Position numbers and translations under genes: made by a program. A stretch of DNA of 64,000 bases from an uncultured Thermoleophilaceae bacterium (lineage in GTDB: Bacteria > Actinomycetota > Thermoleophilia > Solirubrobacterales > Thermoleophilaceae): assembly GCA_963819115.1 (NCBI GenBank), contig CAWFUR010000012.1:163706-227705 (forward strand), given 5' to 3'. Shown in pieces: positions 45,929 through 53,590 of this stretch. How positions within the stretch are numbered: the stretch's first letter is position 1; every line of letters begins with the position of its first letter. The notes below the pieces were generated by a model. The model saw only the letters and a program-made list of their open reading frames with translations, did not search any database and was not told the DNA's origin.

Positions 45929-46374
45929 GCCGCCCGATGCCTCCCAGCGGAGCCAACCCGCCCGTGCGGGCGCAGACCGCCGCGGGCGTCCCGATCGAGC
46001 TCTTGCCGCTTGCCCAGGACATCTGTCGCCGCTACCGGGCCGAGTTCCCCGACGAGGAGGACCGCTACGGGCCCGCGGGCCAGGCCTGGTGCGTCCACGA
46101 CAACCAGTACCTGCTGGCCTGGGCGATCCAGGATGCCCGCGACGGCACCGTCGAACTCGGCGAGCAGGCTGCCTGGCTCGCCGATATCCTCGACTCCCGC
46201 GGCTTCCCCGTCGCCCGGCTGGCTCGCAATCTCAAGATCGCCGCCGCCGTCGTCGTCGAGGGCATCGGCGAGCGGTCGTTCGCCGATGATGTCGCAAGCC
46301 GTCTCGTGGCCGTGGCCGCCGCCGTCGACCTCTGGCAGCGGGTGCCGGAGCATGACGCCCCGCCGCCAGCTTGA
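45925..46374 (+). CDS. small helical protein of unknown family with conserved Cys/His motifs
   Basis: ATGA overlap with the upstream gene. ICRRYRAEFPDEEDRYGPAGQAWCVHDNQYLLAWA and WLADILDSRGFPVARLARNLKIAA are conserved with 43222-43635. Confidence 0.7.
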   Translation: MSRPMPPSGANPPVRAQTAAGVPIELLPLAQDICRRYRAEFPDEEDRYGPAGQAWCVHDNQYLLAWAIQDARDGTVELGEQAAWLADILDSRGFPVARLARNLKIAAAVVVEGIGERSFADDVASRLVAVAAAVDLWQRVPEHDAPPPA

Positions 46375-46405
46375 GGCTGATGGGCCTGGGAGCCCACGTT
46401 CCCGC

Positions 46406-47701
46406 TCAGCGCCAGTCGAAATGCTCGCGGTGAATGCGCCTTGCCGGAACACCCGCGAGCCGCAGTTGTGTCTGGAAGGCTCGCAGCATCCCCTGGGGTC
46501 CGCACATGAACACCGACAGCCCGCTCGCGTCGCCCCCGGCGGTGGCGAGGACCTGCGCGGTCGTGAGGCGTCCCTGGTCGCTGGTATCGACCAGATGGGC
46601 CTGCAGCGATTCATGGCGGTCGGCGATCGCACAAATCTCGTCGGCGAAGGGCGCCTCCCCTTCCGCGGAGTAGAAGAAGTCCACCCGGTGGGGCAGATGA
46701 CCGTCGAGGGCGCGCAGCCAGCTGAGAAATGGCGCTACGCCGACGCCACCTGCGATCCACACCTGCCGGTCGGTGCCGCGCAAATGGTTGAAGCGCCCGT
46801 GGGGACCGCCGATGACCGCCGGCATGCCCGGTTCGATCAGGTCCTTCAGGCGGGAGGTGTAATCGCCAAGCGCTTTGACCGTCACGCGCAGGACGCCCTC
46901 GTGCGGCGCGCTCGAGATGGTGAACGGGTGCCGATGCCAGCCGTCCTTCGCCTCGAGATAGACCATCGCGAACTGGCCCGGGATGAAGTCGATTCCGCGG
47001 CCTAATGGCCGCATCGCGACCTCGACGAGACCTGCTTCGATCTCCCGGACGGCATCCACCTGATAGTCGTGTAGCGAGGCGAAGAAGCGCGCCAGCAGCT
47101 CTCGGTAGACGTAGAAGCCCAGACCGACTCCACCGACTCCGACCAAGGCCCAGCGCAGGATCGGCGCCTCGCGGAAAGGGGTGCCGTCGAGCACCCCGTG
47201 CGCGAAGCCTGCGGCGACGAACAGGCCGGTGGTGCGATGTAGCGCCCGCCAACGGTCATAGCCGCCGAAGACACGGCGGGCTCCGCGTATACCGGGCGCG
47301 TCGCGAACCGCAAGCACCACACCCCGCAAGGCTGCCGGCACGACCGATTGCCATCGCGGCAGGATCGCCCACAGGGCGAGCGCCACCAAACCGATCGCCC
47401 CGATCGCACCGAGGGGTCCGCCGAATCCGGTGCCATGAGAGCTTGCGGACAGCAGCACGTGCGGCGCTAGCAGGATCAGGCCTGTGATCGCAAGCCGGCG
47501 ATGCCAGATCGCCGCCCGGTCGATCCCGTCGAACCACTCCTCCACCCAGGGCAGGGTGCTGATGAGCACGAGCGCGATCGACAGCAGCAGGATCGACTCG
47601 CCGCCAAGCAGCTGGCCGAGGTAGCTGCCCACGGGTTGATCAACAGGCCGCGCCAACGCCCAGAGGACGGCCTGGGCGATGACGAGGGCGCCAATCGTCA
47701 T
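46406..47701 (-). CDS. ferric reductase/NOX-like flavocytochrome (heme-b TM domain + FAD + NAD(P)H domains)
   Basis: TM domain with His-bearing helices, HPFTISS (FAD motif), WIAGGVGVAPFLS (NAD motif) and a C-terminal MCGPQGM block. Confidence 0.8.
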   Translation of the reverse strand: MTIGALVIAQAVLWALARPVDQPVGSYLGQLLGGESILLLSIALVLISTLPWVEEWFDGIDRAAIWHRRLAITGLILLAPHVLLSASSHGTGFGGPLGAIGAIGLVALALWAILPRWQSVVPAALRGVVLAVRDAPGIRGARRVFGGYDRWRALHRTTGLFVAAGFAHGVLDGTPFREAPILRWALVGVGGVGLGFYVYRELLARFFASLHDYQVDAVREIEAGLVEVAMRPLGRGIDFIPGQFAMVYLEAKDGWHRHPFTISSAPHEGVLRVTVKALGDYTSRLKDLIEPGMPAVIGGPHGRFNHLRGTDRQVWIAGGVGVAPFLSWLRALDGHLPHRVDFFYSAEGEAPFADEICAIADRHESLQAHLVDTSDQGRLTTAQVLATAGGDASGLSVFMCGPQGMLRAFQTQLRLAGVPARRIHREHFDWR

Positions 47702-47820
47702 CGGTCCGACGTCTCGGGCCGTGAGTCCCGGCCGGCCAGTCGTCCGACTGACCCGGGTATGGCCGTCACCACGCGTCAGTCCAGGCTACGCCCGGGTGCA
47801 GACGCGCCCGGCTTGACTCG

Positions 47821-48267
47821 ATGCGTGGCCCGACGAGGTGGAGATTGAACATTAGAATCGCCGCCGTGCCGTTCACGCTCAGGAACCTCAAGGAGGATCT
47901 CGAGGATCTGGGGTCCAACTTCGACGGCTCGCCGGACCTGGAGTTCCGAGCCGCAACCAAGGCGCTCGAGCTCGAGCGGTCCGGCCTCAGCTACCAGCGC
48001 ATCCCGCCCGACTATCGCTTCCCGTACGGCCACACGCACAGGGAGCAGGAGGAGCTGTACGTGGTCGTGCGCGGGAGCGGGCGGATGAAGCTCGACAACC
48101 AGATCGTCGAGGTCAGGGAGTGGGACGTGGTGCGCGTCCCGCCTGGCACGTGGCGAGGCTACGAGGGCGGGCCGGAGGGTCTCGAGATCCTCGTCTTCGG
48201 CGCGCCCAATCTCGGTGAGAATCCGCGCGACGACGTGGAGGGTCAGCGCGACTGGTGGGCTGATTAG
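47821..48267 (+). CDS. cupin domain protein
   Basis: [20 protein letters not shown]...[12 protein letters not shown] matches the cupin motifs. The start is uncertain. Confidence 0.7.
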   Translation: MRGPTRWRLNIRIAAVPFTLRNLKEDLEDLGSNFDGSPDLEFRAATKALELERSGLSYQRIPPDYRFPYGHTHREQEELYVVVRGSGRMKLDNQIVEVREWDVVRVPPGTWRGYEGGPEGLEILVFGAPNLGENPRDDVEGQRDWWAD

Positions 48268-48277
48268 CCTCGGCGGA

Positions 48278-49018
48278 GTGTTCGACCACGTCGGAATCGC
48301 CGTCTCGGATCTGGCCGCGTCCGAGCGCTTCTACCGCACCGTGCTCGGCACGCTTGGGATCGAGCCCAGCCAAGCCGACGCCGAGCTCGTCGAGTGGGAG
48401 GACTGGGACATCGGGCCCACGGACCCCGAGCACGCGTTGACCCGCGGCCTGCACGTCGGCTTCCGCGCGCCGACCCGCGAGGCCGTGGACGCCTTCTGGC
48501 AGGCCGGCGTCGACGCAGGTCACACCGACGACGGCGCGCCCGGTCCACGGCCTGAGTACGGACCGGACTACTACGGCGGGTTCCTGCGCGACCCCGACGG
48601 CAACAGCGCCGAGGCGATCCACAGCGAGCGCGCCAACCCCGTGCAGCCGGGCGGAATCGACCACCTGTGGATTCGCGTCGCCGACCTCGCCGCCGCCAAG
48701 CGGTTCTACGCCACGATCGCGCCGCACGCCGGGCTCACGCTGGGCACGGACACGCCCGAGCGGGTCCAGTTCACCGGCGCGGACGGCTCGTTCTCGCTCG
48801 TGGACGACGGGCGGCCGCTCACCGAGCACGTGCACCTTGCCTTCCCGGCGGCCGACGACGCGACCGTTTGCGCGTTCCACGCCGCCGCCATCGCCGCGGG
48901 CTACGCGGACAACGGCGGGCCCGGCGAGCGCGCCGTCTACCACCCCGGCTACTACGGCGCGTTCGTCCTGGACCCCGACGGCCACAACGTCGAGGTCGTG
49001 AACCACAACCGCGGGTGA
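48278..49018 (+). CDS. VOC family protein (two glyoxalase/bleomycin-resistance-like modules)
   Basis: [12 protein letters not shown] and [11 protein letters not shown] start the two modules. C-terminus [18 protein letters not shown] chose the GTG at 48278. Confidence 0.8.
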   Translation: MFDHVGIAVSDLAASERFYRTVLGTLGIEPSQADAELVEWEDWDIGPTDPEHALTRGLHVGFRAPTREAVDAFWQAGVDAGHTDDGAPGPRPEYGPDYYGGFLRDPDGNSAEAIHSERANPVQPGGIDHLWIRVADLAAAKRFYATIAPHAGLTLGTDTPERVQFTGADGSFSLVDDGRPLTEHVHLAFPAADDATVCAFHAAAIAAGYADNGGPGERAVYHPGYYGAFVLDPDGHNVEVVNHNRG

Positions 49019-49042
49019 GCGACTACCGAGCTCCGCCGGGGT

Positions 49043-49780
49043 TCAGGGCGTCCAGTTTTCGGCGAGCGGGGTGAGCTGGAGGTCGTGTGTCGCGGAGCGC
49101 GCGTCCTGGTTGGCCAGGAAGAGGACGGCATCGGCGATCCTGCGCGGGTCGGCCAGCGCCTCCGGTGAGGCACCGGCGCGTGTGGACCCGTCGAGCGGCT
49201 GGATGCCCGCGTCGACGACCAGCAGCGCGACCTGGATGCCGTGGGGACGCAGCTCGAGCGTGGCGGCGTTGGTGATCGCTCGCACGGCGAACGATCCTGC
49301 CGCCCACAGACCACGGCCCGGCATCGCGCGCCGTGTCGAGCCGCCGGTGACCTGCACCAGAGTCGCCGGCCGGCCCTGCGCGATCGCGAATCGGCCGCCG
49401 GCGGACAGGAACGAGAAGGCCGCTCGGGCGGGAGCCGCGGCCCACGAGTCAAAGCCGTCGAGGTGGGCCTCGGCAATCGGGCCGCCGCCGAAGGGCCCGG
49501 TGCGCTCGCCGCCGTACGCGGCGGCCGCGTTCAGCACGAGCTCGACTCCATCGTGAGCAGCAGCCGCCTGCTCCAGCGCGCCGGACACGCTCGCGGGGTC
49601 CGTCACGTCCGCCTTCAGCGCGAGCGCGCCGGACGCGCTGACGCCATCAAGGGTGCTCTGCGACCGCGCCACCCCCGCCACCGCCCAGCCGTCGCTCACC
49701 AGCAGCTCGATGACCGCGCGACCCAAGTTGCGCGCTCCGAACACAACCGCACTTCGCTGCTTGCCGTGCATCTCGCTCAT
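49043..49780 (-). CDS. SDR-family NAD(P)-dependent oxidoreductase (atypical)
   Basis: VVFGARNLGRAV Rossmann loop, ~245 aa SDR-like length. Confidence 0.65.
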   Translation of the reverse strand: MSEMHGKQRSAVVFGARNLGRAVIELLVSDGWAVAGVARSQSTLDGVSASGALALKADVTDPASVSGALEQAAAAHDGVELVLNAAAAYGGERTGPFGGGPIAEAHLDGFDSWAAAPARAAFSFLSAGGRFAIAQGRPATLVQVTGGSTRRAMPGRGLWAAGSFAVRAITNAATLELRPHGIQVALLVVDAGIQPLDGSTRAGASPEALADPRRIADAVLFLANQDARSATHDLQLTPLAENWTP

Positions 49781-49919
49781 CGAATCGCTCGATTCCGTCG
49801 GGGATGTTGGCTCATAGGATCGCGCCCTTGGCTTCGACTACCCGCCCGGGATCCGGCTGATGATGAAGCCGGCGTTCGGCCGGGTGCCCGCCGCGTGGCG
49901 CTTGGATCGTCACGATCCG

Positions 49920-51005
49920 TCACATCGTGGCCGCGAGCGCGGCGAGCAACCGTCGGTTGCGGTCGGTTTGCCAGCGCCGGCCCTCGCACCGGTTGCAGAC
50001 GTAGGCGAACACCAAATCGGCGTCCGGGTCACGGAATCCGAGCGAACCGCCTGCGCCGAAGTGGCCGTATGCGTGCGGTCCGGGGCCCAGCGGGCGGTCG
50101 GGCTGGGTGAGTTGGAACCCGAGCCCGAAACGAGTGTGCCGGTCGAGCACCACGTCCTCTCCATCCGACCAGGGTTGTGTGGCCTCGGTCAGGGTGTCGG
50201 GGCCGAGGAGCTCGGGCATGCGCGCGTAAACGGCGGCGACACCGCGGGCGCTCGCGTGACAGTTCGCGCTGGGGATCTCCGCGGCCCTCCACGCGGCGGT
50301 GTTCACGGTGCCGAGCCCCGAGAGGCCCGGAGGATTCAGATATGTGCGTCGCAGCAGCTCGGCGCGCTCGGCGGTCAGCTCGGCTGCGCCGTTGGCGGAC
50401 GTCCCGCCCTCGGGCTCGAAGTGGAACTCGGCGATGTCGGCGTCCGGGGACGCGCCGAACGTGACGTTCGCGGCGTCGCCGGCGAGCCGGGCGAAGCGTT
50501 CCCGCAGGCGTTCGCCCGTCGCTCTCCGCACGATCTCTCCACAGAGAAATCCGAAGGTGTTGACGTGGTAGCCGTGAGCGGAGCCCGGCGGCCACCACGG
50601 CTCCTGGGACTCGAGCGCACGGACCATGTGATCCCAGTCGTAGATCGCATCCGGGGGTAGGTCCTCACGCACCGCCGGATGGCCCGCTTGGTGCGCGAGT
50701 ACCTGACGTAGCGTCGCGTCCTGCCACGCGCGCTCGTCGAGGTCGAGACCGAGCGACAGGACGGTGAGTGCGACGAAGGCCTTGCCGGTGCTGAACACAT
50801 CAACCACCGTGTCGACTGTCCAGGGTCGTGTCCGGGCCGCGTCGGCCCAGCCCCCCCAGAGGTCGACGACCGTCGTTCCGCCAACGATCAGCACGACGCT
50901 TGCCCCGAGCTCGTGCTCGAGGTTCTCCGCCAGAGCCGCCTGTATGGGTGCGAACCGCGCATCGCAGTGGCCGTGGAGGCCCCGGTCGGTGCCTTCGCTC
51001 CTCAT
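49920..51005 (-). CDS. serine hydrolase, beta-lactamase/esterase (class C-like) family
   Basis: The SxxK motif appears as FSTGKAF. The overall length and blocks fit esterase EstB/PBP4*-like proteins. I chose the ATG at 51005. Confidence 0.75.
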   Translation of the reverse strand: MRSEGTDRGLHGHCDARFAPIQAALAENLEHELGASVVLIVGGTTVVDLWGGWADAARTRPWTVDTVVDVFSTGKAFVALTVLSLGLDLDERAWQDATLRQVLAHQAGHPAVREDLPPDAIYDWDHMVRALESQEPWWPPGSAHGYHVNTFGFLCGEIVRRATGERLRERFARLAGDAANVTFGASPDADIAEFHFEPEGGTSANGAAELTAERAELLRRTYLNPPGLSGLGTVNTAAWRAAEIPSANCHASARGVAAVYARMPELLGPDTLTEATQPWSDGEDVVLDRHTRFGLGFQLTQPDRPLGPGPHAYGHFGAGGSLGFRDPDADLVFAYVCNRCEGRRWQTDRNRRLLAALAATM

Positions 51006-51028
51006 GTGTCTCCCTACACTCGCTCCTC

Positions 51029-51328
51029 GTGCCATCGCTCGAGCGCACCTTCCGGATCACCGCCATCGTGGAAGCCACGAGCTTCCTCGCTCTGCTCGTG
51101 GCCACCTACGTGAAGTATGGGCACGACCAGCCGGAGGGCGTGCAGATCCTCGGACCCGTCCACGGGCTGCTGTTCATCGCGTACGTGCTGCTCGCGCTCA
51201 ACCTCGCGGGACGGGCCGGTTGGGGATTGCGCACGACGATCCTGGTGCTGGCCGGGGCGGTCGTTCCCTTCGGCGGCTACGTCGTGGACCGGTGGCTTGC
51301 GCGGCAGCCGGTGGGCTCGGCCGGCTGA
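51029..51328 (+). CDS. DUF3817-type integral membrane protein
   Basis: FRITAIVEATSFLALLVATYVKY...GPVHGLLFIAYVLLAL...VVPFGGY. I infer a GTG start at 51029. Confidence 0.65.
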   Translation: MPSLERTFRITAIVEATSFLALLVATYVKYGHDQPEGVQILGPVHGLLFIAYVLLALNLAGRAGWGLRTTILVLAGAVVPFGGYVVDRWLARQPVGSAG

Positions 51329-51335
51329 CGATCCT

Positions 51336-51986
51336 CTAAGGCGCTTGCCAGAAACGCTCGAGGGACGTCTTGGCGAGGGAGCACTTGAGCACGAAGCCTC
51401 GAGCGCCGGCCAGGTCGACCCGCAGGTCGCACGCCCGCGGAACCTCGGTCGACGTCAGCAGCACGGCCAAATCGGGATCGGCGTTGGTCAGGTCCGCGGA
51501 CACGTCGAACCCGCAGCCATCGGGCAGGTGGAGATCGAGCAGGACGGCCCTGGGCGCGAGGCGCTTGGCGGCCTGCACGGCACGCGCCGCGGTGTCGGCT
51601 TCGCCCACCACGAGGTAGCCCCGGCGGGCGAGCAGCTCTCGGGCGACGGAGCGGAAGGGCGCCGAGTCGTCGACGATCAGGACGCTTACCAGAGCGCGCC
51701 GGCCGTTCGCGGAGTCGCCGACCACCTCCACTCCTGCGAAATGCCGACCGGCGTCCCTTCGCGCCAGGTCGCACATCTCCGCGTGCCATCCCCGCGCGAG
51801 GTGGGGTGGCCCGGGGGCGGTGGTCAGCGTGACGTTCCAGCGCCGCCTGATCAGGAGGTGGAGCGGTGCCGGGAGAACCTGGACCGTCCCGCGGCCCAGG
51901 GCCCGCAGCTCGCTCGCGAGCTCCGCGGCCTGACGGAGGCTCGACGTTTCGAAGCAGAAACGCAGTCGATGCGGCCGGATTCCCAC
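51336..51986 (-). CDS. response regulator with C-terminal REC and N-terminal RraB-like(?) domain
   Basis: The C-terminal REC reads VLIVDDSAPFR...VLLDLHLPDGCG...LKCS. The N-terminal ~95 aa (RLRFCFET...AAELASELRALG...WNVTL...RHFAGVEV) is loosely RraB-like. Confidence 0.6.
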   Translation of the reverse strand: MGIRPHRLRFCFETSSLRQAAELASELRALGRGTVQVLPAPLHLLIRRRWNVTLTTAPGPPHLARGWHAEMCDLARRDAGRHFAGVEVVGDSANGRRALVSVLIVDDSAPFRSVARELLARRGYLVVGEADTAARAVQAAKRLAPRAVLLDLHLPDGCGFDVSADLTNADPDLAVLLTSTEVPRACDLRVDLAGARGFVLKCSLAKTSLERFWQAP

Positions 51987-52049
51987 ATTGCTTCATGGTC
52001 GCCGTCGCACCGGGATGCGTGAATACCGCAGTTGCAGTATTTGGCTCGC

Positions 52050-52673
52050 TCAGCGGAGCACGACGCCGCTGCTCAGAGCGTTCGCCACGAGATGCGCACG
52101 CGAGCGGGCTCCCATCTTCAGCATTGAGTTGCTCACATGCGTGCGGACCGTGTTGTGGGCGATCTGCAGTTCCTCCGAGATCTCAGGCCCGCTCCTTCCG
52201 AGCGAGATCAGACGCACGACCTCGCGCTCGCGCGAGGACAGCTCGCCCGCGTCCCGATCGGTCGACGCGGTGCGGCGGAACTTCCCGCCCCAGCGCGAGG
52301 TGCTGAGCGCGACGAACAGCACGAGCTTGCGTCCTGTGACCACCTCCGTGGCCGCGCCGTACTGAATGCCCACCGTGGTCCCGTCCGCGCAGATCATGGT
52401 GGCCTCGCCGTTGAATTGGCCGTCGGCCAGCGCCGCCGCCCAGTCCTCACCAGAAACCTGCGACGGCCCGGCGACGAACCGGCGGAGGGGCTGGCCGATG
52501 AGCGTTCGGCGGTCGTATCCCAAAAGCTTCAGATACGCGCCGTTGACGTCCAGTTGCACCCGGCGATCGTCAACGAGCACCATGGCGTTGCGGGACTGCT
52601 TGAAGGCTGTCGAGAAGAGCCCCGACCAGCCGTCCGGACGGGCCATGGAGTAAGCATGCCACTCGACCATCAC
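52050..52673 (-). CDS. PAS-domain LuxR-family transcriptional regulator
   Basis: PAS-like N-terminus (FKQSRNAMVLVDDRRVQLDVNGAYLKLLGYDRRTLIGQPL) plus HTH LSSREREVVRLISLGRSGPEISEELQIAHNTVRTHV. Confidence 0.8.
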   Translation of the reverse strand: MMVEWHAYSMARPDGWSGLFSTAFKQSRNAMVLVDDRRVQLDVNGAYLKLLGYDRRTLIGQPLRRFVAGPSQVSGEDWAAALADGQFNGEATMICADGTTVGIQYGAATEVVTGRKLVLFVALSTSRWGGKFRRTASTDRDAGELSSREREVVRLISLGRSGPEISEELQIAHNTVRTHVSNSMLKMGARSRAHLVANALSSGVVLR

Positions 52674-52687
52674 CCCAAGGAGGTCAG

Positions 52688-53176
52688 ATGACGCGTTACC
52701 GGATGCGCGAGAAGATGCTCTCGATCGGAGACGACTCCTGGATCGAGGACGAGGACGGCGAGCGCGTCTTCAAGGTCAACGGCAAGGCGCTGCGCGTTCG
52801 CAAGACGCTCATCCTCGAGGACCTGGACGGGAACGACCTGTGCAAGATCCAGGAGCGCAAGCTGCGCGTGAAGGACAGCATGGAGATCGAGGGCCCGGGC
52901 GGGGACCGGCTCGCGATGGTCAAGCAGGCGATGTTCACACCGCTGCGCGCGCGTTTCGACGTCAGGGTCGAGAACGGCGCCGATCTCGACGTGCAGGGCA
53001 ATGTCGTGGATCACGAGTTCGAGATCGAGGCGGACGGGACCAAGATCGCCGAGGTGTCCAAGCGCTGGTTTCGCGTGCGCGACACCTACGCCATCGAGAT
53101 CGCGCCGGACCAGGACCAGATCCTCCTCCTGGCCGTGGCGGTCGCCGTCGACGTGATGGCCGGGAGGGCGGTCTAG
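52688..53176 (+). CDS. LURP-one-related (tubby C-terminal-like, DUF567) protein
   Basis: YRMREKMLSIGDDSWIEDEDGERVFKVNGKAL..LEDLDGNDLCKIQERKL is the typical repeat pattern of this family. Confidence 0.7.
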   Translation: MTRYRMREKMLSIGDDSWIEDEDGERVFKVNGKALRVRKTLILEDLDGNDLCKIQERKLRVKDSMEIEGPGGDRLAMVKQAMFTPLRARFDVRVENGADLDVQGNVVDHEFEIEADGTKIAEVSKRWFRVRDTYAIEIAPDQDQILLLAVAVAVDVMAGRAV

Positions 53177-53236
53177 GCCGAGCGGCGCTGTCCGGACGCT
53201 CGGCTAGCTTCGGCGCGGTCGAGGAGGAGGGCGCGT

Positions 53237-53590
53237 ATGAAGCTCGTGATCGCAATCGTCCGCCCCGAGAAGGCGAACGATGTGCTCGAGGCGCTGTACC
53301 GCGCGGAGGTGCGCGGGTTGTCCATCAGCCGGGTCCAGGGACATGGCGGCGAGCTCGACCGTGTGGAGACCTATCGCGGAACCACGGTGAAGGTGGGTCT
53401 GGCCGACAAGGTTCGCTTCGAGATCGCCGTGTCGGAGGCGTTCGTCGAGCCGACGATCACCGCGCTCTGCAAGGGCGGGCAGACCGGGGAGGTGGGCGAC
53501 GGCAAGATCTTCGTGGTTCCGCTGGAGCGGGTGATCCGCATCCGGAACGGCGAGACCGACCATGGCGCCGTCACGCCCGTGGGCAGCTGA
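53237..53590 (+). CDS. glnK: P-II nitrogen regulatory protein
   Basis: MKLVIAIVRPEK..., T-loop with YRGTTV, and GDGKIFVVPLERVIRIRNGE. Confidence 0.85.
   Translation: MKLVIAIVRPEKANDVLEALYRAEVRGLSISRVQGHGGELDRVETYRGTTVKVGLADKVRFEIAVSEAFVEPTITALCKGGQTGEVGDGKIFVVPLERVIRIRNGETDHGAVTPVGS

Noticed and set aside
52840-53589. 682-aa ORF that would fuse upstream sequence to the ammonium transporter.
   Set aside because: The upstream 250 codons are shadow sequence overlapping the LURP-one and P-II genes in other frames. The Amt signature starts at ATG 53590, which is coupled to the P-II stop.
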